A stretch of 64,000 bases of DNA from NCBI GenBank assembly GCA_003565155.1, contig PXDB01000086.1, forward strand, positions 536 through 64,535, read 5' to 3'. A program made the position numbers and the translations under genes. This DNA is from Nitriliruptoraceae bacterium. Its GTDB lineage: Bacteria > Actinomycetota > Nitriliruptoria > Nitriliruptorales > Nitriliruptoraceae. The notes below the pieces were generated by a model that worked only from the letters and a program-made list of their open reading frames with translations, was not told the origin of the DNA and made no database searches. Position 1 is the first letter of the stretch; each line of letters opens with the position of its first letter. Positions 1 to 8,804 of the stretch are shown piece by piece.

Positions 1-152
1 AGCTCTCCCCGTTCGAAGGCCGGGTAGACCGCCGGGTCACGCCGTCGGGCGAGCTCGGAGAGCTCGAGGCCGGTTCCCGCCCGCAGCGCCTCCCGGAACG
101 GGTCGGCCAGCAGCGTGTCCATCACGTCGAAGGCGACCGCCTGGATGCGCAA
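1..152 (-). CDS. HAD-like hydrolase, N-terminal fragment (gene runs off the window start)
   Basis: Minus-strand frame reads (TTG)RIQAVAFDVMDTLLADPFREALRAGTGLELSELARRRDPAVYPAFERGE. The hhhFDxxxTL pattern resembles HAD/haloacid-dehalogenase motif I. Third codon positions are almost all G/C. The gene is truncated, so it is absent from the ORF track. Start codon uncertain. Confidence 0.4.
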   Translation of the reverse strand, partial: MRIQAVAFDVMDTLLADPFREALRAGTGLELSELARRRDPAVYPAFERGE

Positions 153-307
153 CCGCAGCTCCTTGTCGTCGAAAGGGCCGGCCAGTGGGCAACCCCAGCG
201 AGCCGGACGGGAGCCTGCCAGCCGCTGGCCTATCGTTCGGACCCTACGTGGCCTCCGGCTCACCGGTGCGCCGCGCGAAGAGGACGACCGACGAACCGAG
301 GTGCCCT

Positions 308-1498
308 GTGGACCTGTTGGAGACGGCCGACCGCAACGTGGACGCCGCGCGGGAGCAGCTACTGGCGCTGTCCCACGCCATCCACGGCGACGCCGAGGTT
401 GGCTTCGAGGAGCACACCTCCTCGCGCCGGGTCGCTGCTGCCATGGAGGCCGCAGGCTTCGCCGTGACCCACGGCATCGGCGGTCTCGACACCGCGGTGG
501 TGGCGGAGTACGGCGACGGGCCCCTGACCGTGGGTGTGTGCGCGGAGTACGACGCGCTACCCGGCATCGGCCACGCGTGCGGGCACAACGTCATCGCCGC
601 CGCTGGGGTCGGTGCCGCGCTCGCGTTGGCGCCGCTCGCGGACGAGCTCGGACTCGCCATCCGGTTGCTCGGCACGCCAGCGGAGGAGGGTGGCGGCGGC
701 AAGGTACTGATGATGCGCGCCGGCAGCTTCGACGACCTGAACGTGGCGATGATGGTGCACCCCGCACCCTACGAGTCCTCCACCATCCCCTGCCTCGCGG
801 TCAAGCACGTCGACGTGCGGTTCCGGGGCGTGTCGGCCCACGCCTCCGCCTTCCCGGAGCGCGGGGTGAACGCCGCTGACGCGCTCACGGTCGCCCAGGT
901 CGCCATCGGGTTGCTCCGCCAGCACATCCAGCCGAGCGACCGGATCCACGGCATCGTCACGGACGGCGGGGATGCTCCCAACATCGTGCCCGAGCGGGCC
1001 GGCGGGCAGTGGTACGCGCGGGCTGCGGATCTCGACGCCCTCGGCGAGCTCTACCCGAAGGTGCTGCGCTGCTTCGAGGCAGGTGCGCTGGCGACGGGCG
1101 CGGAGGCCATCTTCGACGAACCGGGCCCGGCCTACACCGAGTTCCGCCACGATCCGGACCTGGTCGCGCTGTGGGAGCAGCAGGCCGCGGCCGTGGGGCG
1201 TGCCCTGCCCGACCAACCCCTGGACCCCCGCCTCGCGGGCTCCACGGACATGGCCAACGTCTCCCTCGCCATGCCGGCGATCCACCCGATGCTCGCTATC
1301 GACACCGACGGGGCCGTCAACCACCAGCCGGGCTTCACAGCCGCGTGCGTGCGGCCTGACGCCGACCGTGCCGTGCGTGACGGCGCGGCCGCGATGGCCC
1401 GCACCACGATCGCCGCCGCGAGCGACGCTGCGCTGCGTGAACGACTGCTCTCGCGGCGCTACGTCGCAGCCGAGGACCCCTACCTCGACCGGGTGTGA
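308..1498 (+). CDS. M20-family amidohydrolase (aminoacylase/hippurate-hydrolase-like)
   Basis: ORF 185..1498 contains GHACGHN and GTPAEEGGGGK metal-site contexts typical of M20D enzymes. The family N-terminus aligns from VDLLETADRNVDAAREQLL, so in-frame GTG 308 (GAGG 6 nt upstream) is preferred over GTG 185. Confidence 0.8.
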   Translation: MDLLETADRNVDAAREQLLALSHAIHGDAEVGFEEHTSSRRVAAAMEAAGFAVTHGIGGLDTAVVAEYGDGPLTVGVCAEYDALPGIGHACGHNVIAAAGVGAALALAPLADELGLAIRLLGTPAEEGGGGKVLMMRAGSFDDLNVAMMVHPAPYESSTIPCLAVKHVDVRFRGVSAHASAFPERGVNAADALTVAQVAIGLLRQHIQPSDRIHGIVTDGGDAPNIVPERAGGQWYARAADLDALGELYPKVLRCFEAGALATGAEAIFDEPGPAYTEFRHDPDLVALWEQQAAAVGRALPDQPLDPRLAGSTDMANVSLAMPAIHPMLAIDTDGAVNHQPGFTAACVRPDADRAVRDGAAAMARTTIAAASDAALRERLLSRRYVAAEDPYLDRV

Positions 1499-1561
1499 CC
1501 GGCCGGGGGACGGCGCCGCTGGTGGAGCGCCCGGTCCGGACAGGACCGCCCTGACAGCCGG

Positions 1562-2449
<888 letters not shown>

Positions 2450-2620
2450 CTCGACTCCTCGCCTGCCGCACGACGGGACGCACACGATCCGGATCCTGAC
2501 CGGGACGCCGGGTGCTGCCGCGCGCGGTGTGCAGGTTACGACGCCGAGGTGCCCACGCTCCCTGGCCGACCGGACTACCGTTACGTGCTGGTCCTGCACT
2601 GCCCGTCAGGGAGGTTGTCG

Positions 2621-3535
2621 GTGACACAGGTGCGTTGCGCGCTGCTGCCCGAGGGACAGCGCGAGGAACTCGCCACGGCGGTGACCGAGGGCGGCGGCGA
2701 GGTGGTCGACATCGCCGATGCCAACGCGCTGATCTGGACCTCGACCGGTGCGGCCGATCGGCTGCGGGCGCTGCTCGACGCCCACCCAGGCATCCGCTGG
2801 GTGCAGCTGCCCTTCGCCGGCGTCGAGCCCTTCACCCCGATCCTGGACGACCAGCGTGCGTGGACCTGTGGGAAGGGTGTGTACGCCGAACCCGTCGCTG
2901 AGCACGCCCTCGCCCTGACCCTCGGCGGGCTCCGCGGCATCGGCCGCTACGCGAGCCGGACGACGTGGTCCGAGCCCTACGGCCACAACCTGCTCGGCGC
3001 GCACGTGTGCATCCTCGGTGGTGGCTCGATCACCCGGTCGCTGGTCCGTCTGCTGCTGCCCTTCGGGACCTACCTGACCGTGGTCCGCAACCGTACGGAA
3101 CCGATCCCGGGGGTAGCGGAGGTGTTCGCCCTCGACGACCTGCACCGGGCGCTCTCGGAAGCCGACGTCGTCATCCTGGCCCTGGCGCTGACACCGCGGA
3201 CCCGCGGGCTCATCGACGCCGCCGCCCTCGACGCCCTGCCCGACCACGCCCTGGTGGTCAACGTGGCACGCGGCCAGCACATCGACACCGACGCGCTGCT
3301 CACCGCGCTGGAGGAGGGTCGACTCGGTGGCGCGGCGCTGGATGTCACCGACCCCGAGCCGCTGCCCGCAGGGCACCCGCTGTGGGAGCGGGAGGACGTC
3401 ATCATCACCCCGCACGTGGGCAACACCCCGGAGATGGGGATCAAGCTGCTGTGGGCGCGGGTACGGGAGAACGTGGAACGCTTCGGCCGGGACGAGGAGC
3501 TCCTCGGTCCCGTCCACGTCGACCTCGGCTACTAG
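2621..3535 (+). CDS. D-isomer-specific 2-hydroxyacid dehydrogenase family protein
   Basis: ILGGGSITRSL NAD fold, VVNVARGQHIDTDAL and ITPHVGN catalytic contexts. GTG 2621 has GGGAGG upstream. The earlier part of ORF 2183..3535 overlaps murI antisense. Confidence 0.8.
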   Translation: MTQVRCALLPEGQREELATAVTEGGGEVVDIADANALIWTSTGAADRLRALLDAHPGIRWVQLPFAGVEPFTPILDDQRAWTCGKGVYAEPVAEHALALTLGGLRGIGRYASRTTWSEPYGHNLLGAHVCILGGGSITRSLVRLLLPFGTYLTVVRNRTEPIPGVAEVFALDDLHRALSEADVVILALALTPRTRGLIDAAALDALPDHALVVNVARGQHIDTDALLTALEEGRLGGAALDVTDPEPLPAGHPLWEREDVIITPHVGNTPEMGIKLLWARVRENVERFGRDEELLGPVHVDLGY

Positions 3536-3650
3536 CCGACGCTGGCTGCGCCGCCGACCGCTCGGCCGACCCCTGCGGGAGTGCCGTCCCGCCGACCGCC
3601 GGGCCGATCCCCGGTCGACCGGCTGCCACGCAGGACCATCTGGAGGGCCC

Positions 3651-4178
3651 ATGTCCGCGCTACCGGACCCACTCACCGCGTTGGAGCGACAGGTCCTGGC
3701 CGCGGTGGAGGCCACGGGGCAACCCTACGAGGTGATCGAGATCGATCCGGACCACGCGGACACCGCGGTGTTCTGCGAGCGGTACGGCTACCCGCCGGAG
3801 ACCTCGGGGAACTGCATCCTGGTGGCCTCACGCACCGAGCCACCGGTGGTCGCGGCGTGCGTCGCGCTGGCTACCACGAAGCTCGACGTGAACAAGCGCG
3901 TCCGCAAGCTGCTGGGGGTCCGCAAGCTCTCCTTCGCCCCGGCCGAGCTGACCCGGGAGGCGACCGGCATGGAGATCGGCGGGGTCACGCCCTTCGGGCT
4001 CCCGTCCACCCAGCCGTACCAGGACGGCCCGCTTCCTCTCTACCTCGACGCCCGTCTCGACGAACTCGACAGCGTCATCGTCGGTGGCGGGAGCCGGCGG
4101 CTGAAGCTCGACGTCGCCCCCGCCGCGCTCACCGCCGTCGGTGGTGAGCTGGTCGAGCAACTGGCCCAGCCCCTGTGA
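3651..4178 (+). CDS. YbaK/EbsC-type aminoacyl-tRNA deacylase domain protein
   Basis: The ATG 3651 (GGAGGG upstream) product MSALPDPLTALERQVLAAV...NCILVASR...GMEIGGVTPFGLP...VIVGGG has YbaK/ProX-like organisation. Confidence 0.65.
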   Translation: MSALPDPLTALERQVLAAVEATGQPYEVIEIDPDHADTAVFCERYGYPPETSGNCILVASRTEPPVVAACVALATTKLDVNKRVRKLLGVRKLSFAPAELTREATGMEIGGVTPFGLPSTQPYQDGPLPLYLDARLDELDSVIVGGGSRRLKLDVAPAALTAVGGELVEQLAQPL

Positions 4179-4184
4179 CGTGAG

Positions 4185-4217
4185 CGCGCCCCCCGCGGGG
4201 TCACCGCAGGGGGCGCG
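4185..4217. terminator. GC-rich hairpin between convergent ybaK-like and leuD genes
   Basis: cgcgccccccgcgg-ggtca-ccgcagggggcgcg. 14-bp stem with 13 paired positions. Begins 7 nt after the ybaK-like stop. Confidence 0.5.
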
Positions 4218-4283
4218 AGGACCGGCGGGAACGGTGGGGTCAATCACCGCGGCCGCGCACGTCCAGGTCGGTCCAGGTGCAGC

Positions 4284-4913
4284 TCAAGGGGTCGGCACCG
4301 TCGGCTTCCACACCGGCCGGGCCTCCTCGAAGGCGGTGATGTCCGCCTCGTACGCGAGGGTGAGGCCGATGTCGTCGAGCCCGTTGAGCAGGCAGTGCTT
4401 GGTGTGCGGGTCGATCTCGAAGGTGGTCTCCACCCCGGGGAGCTCGCCCACGCCGGGAGCGGTGACCGTCTGGGACTCGAGGTCGACGGTGACCTCCACG
4501 CTCGGGTCCGCCTCGATCAGGGCGAACAGCTGGCGGGAGACCTCCTCCTCGACGGGCGCGCACACGATGCCGACCTTGCCGCAGTTGGTGCGGAAGATGT
4601 CGGCGAAGCTGGGTGCGATGATGGCGGTGAAGCCGGCGTCCTCGAGCGCCCAGGGCGCGTGCTCACGGGAGGAGCCGCAGCCGAAGTTGCGCCCGGCCAC
4701 CATCACCCGGGCACCGGCGTGCTCCGGCTTGTTCATGGGGAACTCGGGCTTCGGCGTCCCGTCCTCCTCGTAGCGCCACTCAGCGAAGGCGAAGGGGCCG
4801 AACCCGGTGCGCTCCACCCGCTTGAGGTACTGCTTGGGCACGATCTGGTCGGTGTCGACGTCGTTGGCGTCGATCGGGCAGGCGTTGCTGGCGACGACGG
4901 TGACGGGCTCCAT
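4284..4913 (-). CDS. leuD: 3-isopropylmalate dehydratase small subunit
   Basis: DVDTDQIVPKQYL and GRNFGCGSSREHAPWAL motifs. The start shares 1 nt with the leuC stop (TGATG). Confidence 0.95.
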   Translation of the reverse strand: MEPVTVVASNACPIDANDVDTDQIVPKQYLKRVERTGFGPFAFAEWRYEEDGTPKPEFPMNKPEHAGARVMVAGRNFGCGSSREHAPWALEDAGFTAIIAPSFADIFRTNCGKVGIVCAPVEEEVSRQLFALIEADPSVEVTVDLESQTVTAPGVGELPGVETTFEIDPHTKHCLLNGLDDIGLTLAYEADITAFEEARPVWKPTVPTP

Positions 4914-6328
4914 CAGAACATCTCCCGGACATCGACGATGCGGCCGGTGACCGCGGCGGCGGCGGCCATGGCGGGTGAGGCGAGGTGGGTGCGGCCCTTG
5001 AAGCCCTGCCGCCCCTCGAAGTTGCGGTTGGAGGTGGACACGGCGCGCTCACCTGGCGAGAGCTGGTCGGGGTTCATGCCGAGGCACATCGAACACCCGG
5101 GGTCGCGCCAGTCCATCCCGGCCTCGATGAGGATGTCGGCGATGCCCTCGGACTCCGCAGCGGCCTTCACGAGCCCGGAACCCGGGACCACCATCACCTC
5201 GACGTTGTCGGCGACCTTGCGGCCCTTCACGATCTCCGCGACTGCGCGGAGGTCCTCGATTCGGCCGTTGGTGCAGGAACCGATGAAGACCTTGTCGAGG
5301 TGGAGGTCGCCGAGCTCCTCGCCCCCGGAGATGCCCATGTAGTCGAGGGCGCGCTGCCACTGCTTGGCGGTGCCCTCGTCGGGCGCGTCGTCGAGGGTGG
5401 GGATGCGCTCTCCGATCTTGATTGACTGCGCCGGGGTGGTGCCCCAGGTGATGGTGGGGGCGATGTCGGCGGCGTCGATGCGCACGGTGCGGTCGAAGGC
5501 GGCGCCCTGGTCGGTGGCGAGCTCGCGCCACACCTCGACGGCCTCGTCCCAGGCGGCGCCCTTGGGTGAGAGGGGCTTGTCCTTGAGGTAGGCGAAGGTG
5601 GTCTCGTCAGGGGAGATCAGCCCGGCCCGGGCACCCCCCTCGATGGACATGTTGCAGATCGTCATCCGGCCCTCCATGGAGAGCTCGCGGATGGCCTCAC
5701 CCCGGTACTCGATGACGTGGCCGTTGCCGCCGTCGACGCCGATGACGCTGAGCACGTGCAGGATCAGGTCCTTCGAAACGGTGCCCTTGGGTAGGGGGCC
5801 GTCGACCTCCACGGCGAGGGTCTTGGGCATGCGCTGCGGCAGGGTCTGGGTGGCCAGCACGTGCTCCACCTCGGAGGTGCCGATCCCGAAGGCCAGCGCC
5901 CCGAAGGCGCCGTGGGTGGCGGTGTGGGAGTCACCACACACGATCACCGCGCCGGGCTGGGTGAGGCCGAGCTCCGGACCGATGATGTGCACGATGCCCT
6001 GGTTGCGGCTGCCCATGCGGAACAGCTTGATGCCGAACTCCTCGCAGTTGGCCTCCAGCGCGTCCATCTGCGTGCGCGACAGCTCGTCGGCGACCGGGAG
6101 CTGCCCCTGCGTCTGCAGCGGGTCGGTGGGCACGTTGTGGTCCATCGTGGCCAACGTCCGGTCGGGCCGGCGCACGGTCCTCCCGGCCTGCCGGATCCCG
6201 TCGAAGGCCTGGGGCGAGGTCACCTCGTGGACGAGGTGGAGGTCCACATAGAGCAGGTCCGGGGTGCCCTCGCCCTCGCGGACGCGGTTGCGCTCCCAGA
6301 TCTTCTCGACGATCGTCTTCGGCTGCAT
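4913..6328 (-). CDS. leuC: 3-isopropylmalate dehydratase large subunit
   Basis: Aconitase-family motifs [14 protein letters not shown] and [12 protein letters not shown]. 471 aa. GAGGAAG lies upstream of the ATG. Confidence 0.95.
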   Translation of the reverse strand: MQPKTIVEKIWERNRVREGEGTPDLLYVDLHLVHEVTSPQAFDGIRQAGRTVRRPDRTLATMDHNVPTDPLQTQGQLPVADELSRTQMDALEANCEEFGIKLFRMGSRNQGIVHIIGPELGLTQPGAVIVCGDSHTATHGAFGALAFGIGTSEVEHVLATQTLPQRMPKTLAVEVDGPLPKGTVSKDLILHVLSVIGVDGGNGHVIEYRGEAIRELSMEGRMTICNMSIEGGARAGLISPDETTFAYLKDKPLSPKGAAWDEAVEVWRELATDQGAAFDRTVRIDAADIAPTITWGTTPAQSIKIGERIPTLDDAPDEGTAKQWQRALDYMGISGGEELGDLHLDKVFIGSCTNGRIEDLRAVAEIVKGRKVADNVEVMVVPGSGLVKAAAESEGIADILIEAGMDWRDPGCSMCLGMNPDQLSPGERAVSTSNRNFEGRQGFKGRTHLASPAMAAAAAVTGRIVDVREMF

Positions 6329-6477
6329 GGAGGTCTTCCTCGCGTGGCGTGCGGTCAGGTGCCCGCGGACGGGCGGGGATGCATCCGTCGGCCTGGCCGG
6401 TCGAAGCCGGGGCGACGCGATCGGCTCCCGAGCGGCTCCGGAGGTGCAGGCCGTGCGGTGCCGCCGGTGCCGGGGTT

Positions 6478-6666
6478 TCAGCTGGACCAGCGGGAGGTGC
6501 CGCCCGGCGCGACCGAACGGTAATCCACCTCCTCGGGGCGCTGGACCTCGACCGTGACCTCCTCGGAGCCGGTCGACTCCGTGTAGGCGGCGGCGATGTC
6601 GGCCACCAGCCGGGCTTCCTCGGCGGGAGTGTGGTCAGGTGGAACGTTGACCTTGATGACGGTCAT
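6478..6666 (-). CDS. small hypothetical protein (62 aa, tautomerase-like length and pattern but no Pro1)
   Basis: ATG 6666 with GAGGGAGAG upstream. [42 protein letters not shown]. High GC3. Co-directional with leuCD. Confidence 0.5.
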   Translation of the reverse strand: MTVIKVNVPPDHTPAEEARLVADIAAAYTESTGSEEVTVEVQRPEEVDYRSVAPGGTSRWSS

Positions 6667-7061
6667 GATGGGTGCTCTCCCTCGGGGCCGTGGGGTGGGG
6701 CGGCCGTTCGGCCGCCCCACCCCACGGTCTTCGACGTACGTCCGTTGCTGCGGGAGCGGCGCGACAGCCGGTGGGCCGCATCACCACGTTCGCACGCCAG
6801 GGGCCGGTGTCGGCCCTCGGCCCGGGGGGTCGCACCCGGGCGGGCGAGGTGTCCTGCAGCGGGGCCGGTACGCCGGCGGGTTGCGCCGTCGCGAGCACCG
6901 ACCGCCCCGTCGGACGGGTGCGCAGCGGTGACCGCGCCGCCCGTCGAGTGCTGTGCGACCGAGCCCACCACCGTGGCGTCGGTCGGCCGGATCGCATGCA
7001 CCACCGGGGGCGGGGTGGGGCGCGTGGCGCGTCGGTCGTGGGCGACCGTCGACTCCATCAT
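6663..7061 (-). CDS. hypothetical protein (132 aa), weak call
   Basis: ATGATG at 7061 is preceded by GGTGAGGAAG. The first ~45 codons have near-100% GC3. The stop overlaps the next start (ATGA at 6663-6666). The C-terminal half is Arg/Pro-rich with lower GC3 and encloses a perfect hairpin. Confidence 0.3.
   Translation of the reverse strand: MMESTVAHDRRATRPTPPPVVHAIRPTDATVVGSVAQHSTGGAVTAAHPSDGAVGARDGATRRRTGPAAGHLARPGATPRAEGRHRPLACERGDAAHRLSRRSRSNGRTSKTVGWGGRTAAPPHGPEGEHPS
6688..6727. other. perfect 18-bp-stem hairpin (4-nt loop)
   Basis: ccgtggggtggggcggcc-gttc-ggccgccccaccccacgg. Lies 22 nt upstream of ATG 6666 on the minus strand. Confidence 0.6.
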
Positions 7062-7176
7062 CCGGCTGCTTCCTCACCGCCTTCGCAACGGCGGTGATCA
7101 TCCTCTGGGGGTGGACTCCCCGGGTGGTGCGCTCCGCGTCGCCGTCATTCGGTGGGGGCAGGACGGCGCCGCGGCA

Positions 7177-7284
7177 TCAAAGGATGACGAGGACGAAGAG
7201 GCCCAGCAGCAGGGCCTGAAGCGCGTGCAGCCTCCCGCGACCGGCGTCGGCCGGGTCGGGAACGGGGCTGGAGACGTCGCGCAT
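7177..7284 (-). CDS. possible 35-aa tail-anchored micro-protein
   Basis: MRDVSSPVPDPADAGRGRLHALQALLLGLFVLVIL. About 89% GC3 by hand count. No Shine-Dalgarno motif. Below the ORF-track length cutoff. Confidence 0.25.
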   Translation of the reverse strand: MRDVSSPVPDPADAGRGRLHALQALLLGLFVLVIL

Positions 7285-7405
7285 GCCGAGAGTATGGCGA
7301 CAACCTCACCCCGGACGCAAACCCCGGTGCGCGCACCGCGTCCCGTCGCGCGCCGGCTCGCGCCATGGCTGGCCGTTGGTTTTGCCGCTCGCCGGTAGCG
7401 CCGTG

Positions 7406-7500
7406 CCGCAAGCCTGCCCCGCAGCCAGCGCACCCGACCACCGACACACCGCAAGCCTGCCCCGCAGCCAGCGCACCCGGCCACCGACACACCGCAAGCT
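7406..7500. repeat. 43-bp tandem repeat, 2 full copies plus a partial third
   Basis: ccgcaagcctgccccgcagccagcgcacccg[a/g]ccaccgacaca at 7406-7448 and 7449-7491 (1 mismatch). A third copy starts at 7492 and diverges into palindrome P1. Confidence 0.9.
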
Positions 7501-7593
7501 GTGCCAGACCACAACTCGCGGTCCCGGAGGCTGGTCCACGACCAGGCCGGGGCCGCCGACGCGCCGGAAGCTGTGCGGTGGCACAGCTGCCGG
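7492..7593. repeat. two REP-like ~30-bp palindromes (P1 7492-7521, P2 7564-7593)
   Basis: P1 is ccgcaagctgtgc-caga-ccacaactcgcgg. P2 is ccggaagctgtgc-ggtg-gcacagctgccgg. They are related to copies at 40324-40425. Confidence 0.8.
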
Positions 7594-7650
7594 CAACGAT
7601 GCCCGCGGCGGCAGCCCCGCGACGCGGGATGACGGCGCGGACCCTTGGCC

Positions 7651-7692
7651 GCACGGAGCGGGGCGCACGGAGCGGGGCGCACGGGCCTGGGC
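7651..7692. repeat. 14-bp tandem repeat x3 (third copy degenerate)
   Basis: gcacggagcggggc, gcacggagcggggc, gcacgggcctgggc. Confidence 0.85.
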
Positions 7693-7886
7693 TCTGACCC
7701 AGGACCCAGCCACCCGATGCCGCCGCGAGCCCGCCTCCGGGCGGGCGAGTGCACGGAACCGCGCTGTGGCCCAGGACCTCGTGCAGGGCGGGAGGTGAGT
7801 GGTGGCGCGCCGTCCGTGCCCCGGACCCGCTTGTACGTTGCCGCGCCGCACGGACCGGGAACCGACACCCGACGGAGAGGTACCGA

Positions 7887-8669
7887 GTGCGGACCACAAG
7901 ACTGGCAGCGGCAGCGGGCGCAGCGGCGTTGGTGCTGGCGGCCTGCAACGGGGACACCGCGGAGATCGACGCTCCTGCTGAGGTGGACGACCCCGCGGTG
8001 GAGGACGCCGACCCTGACCTCGAGGAGGGCGACCCTGGCGGCGCCGGCGACCCCGACACCGCCGGCGATGCCGGGCAGGACGAGGGTCGGGAGGACGCGG
8101 CAGGCGAGGACGCGGCAGGCGAGGACGCGGCAGGCGAGGACGCGGGTCCGGAGGACGCGGCGGGCGAGGACGGGGCGGCTGCCACCGACAGCCAGGACGG
8201 CTTCGACCCGGACGAGACCATCTCCCTGCGCGGGTTCGTAGCCACGGTCGGGGGCGAGGACAGCGAGGAGTTCCCCTTCGAGACCCTCCCCGACGACATC
8301 GACCTCGAACTACCGGCCGCACACCGACTCGAGGTGTTCCAGGGCCCACAGGAGGGACAGTGGGTCGCCGATGAGGAGGGCGAGGAACGCAGCGGTCTGC
8401 TGGTGGTGAACGTGCCCGACGCTGACCTCGATGCCCTGCTCGCCTTCTTCGACGAGCAGTTGGCGGCGTACGGGTGGGAGGAGACCGACGTCGAGACCAC
8501 CTACACCCGATCGGTGCCGCTCGCCGACGACATCGCGCCGGCAGGGGGTGGCGGCGGGGAGTGGGTCGCCGACGCTGAACTGCGACTCAACGTGGGAGAG
8601 GACGATGACCTCCCCTTCGAGAGGACCTTCATCAACATCCAACTGGCACTGACCCCGACGGTGGGGTAA
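7887..8669 (+). CDS. acidic low-complexity lipoprotein
   Basis: GTG 7887 with GGAGAGG 6 nt upstream. The signal VRTTRLAAAAGAAALVLAAC has a lipobox (LAAC). EDAAG repeats are followed by a conserved-looking C-terminal domain. Confidence 0.65.
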   Translation: MRTTRLAAAAGAAALVLAACNGDTAEIDAPAEVDDPAVEDADPDLEEGDPGGAGDPDTAGDAGQDEGREDAAGEDAAGEDAAGEDAGPEDAAGEDGAAATDSQDGFDPDETISLRGFVATVGGEDSEEFPFETLPDDIDLELPAAHRLEVFQGPQEGQWVADEEGEERSGLLVVNVPDADLDALLAFFDEQLAAYGWEETDVETTYTRSVPLADDIAPAGGGGGEWVADAELRLNVGEDDDLPFERTFINIQLALTPTVG

Positions 8670-8682
8670 CGCGCGGCGCGCA

Positions 8683-8774
8683 GTCGGTGCGCTGACCCAC
8701 GGCAGGCCGTCGGTGCGCTGACCCACGGCAGGCCGTCGGTGCGCTGACCCACGGCAGGCCGTCGGTGCGCTGAC
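8683..8774. repeat. 26-bp tandem repeat x3.5 between convergent genes
   Basis: gtcggtgcgctgacccacggcaggcc repeated exactly three times, then a truncated copy. Confidence 0.9.
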
Positions 8775-8804
8775 GCGGCGCTGGACGGGCGCCGCAGCCC
8801 GGTC

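Noticed and set aside
6478-6666. Calling the 62-aa protein a 4-oxalocrotonate tautomerase.
   Set aside because: The length and beta-alpha-beta-like pattern fit. However, the catalytic N-terminal proline is absent (MTVIK...), so only a neutral hypothetical-protein call is justified.
7098-8500. Several 250-450-aa minus-strand ORFs covering the repeat island and the lipoprotein gene.
   Set aside because: They have extreme Arg/Pro/Gly content, are mutually overlapping frames, and read through tandem repeats. No start context or motif was seen.
8683-8774. Whether the tandem repeats (also 7406-7500, 58205-58297, 40486-40571) could be CRISPR arrays.
   Set aside because: The units are directly adjacent with no unique spacers, there are only 2-3.5 copies, and there are no cas genes. 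They are simple tandem duplications.
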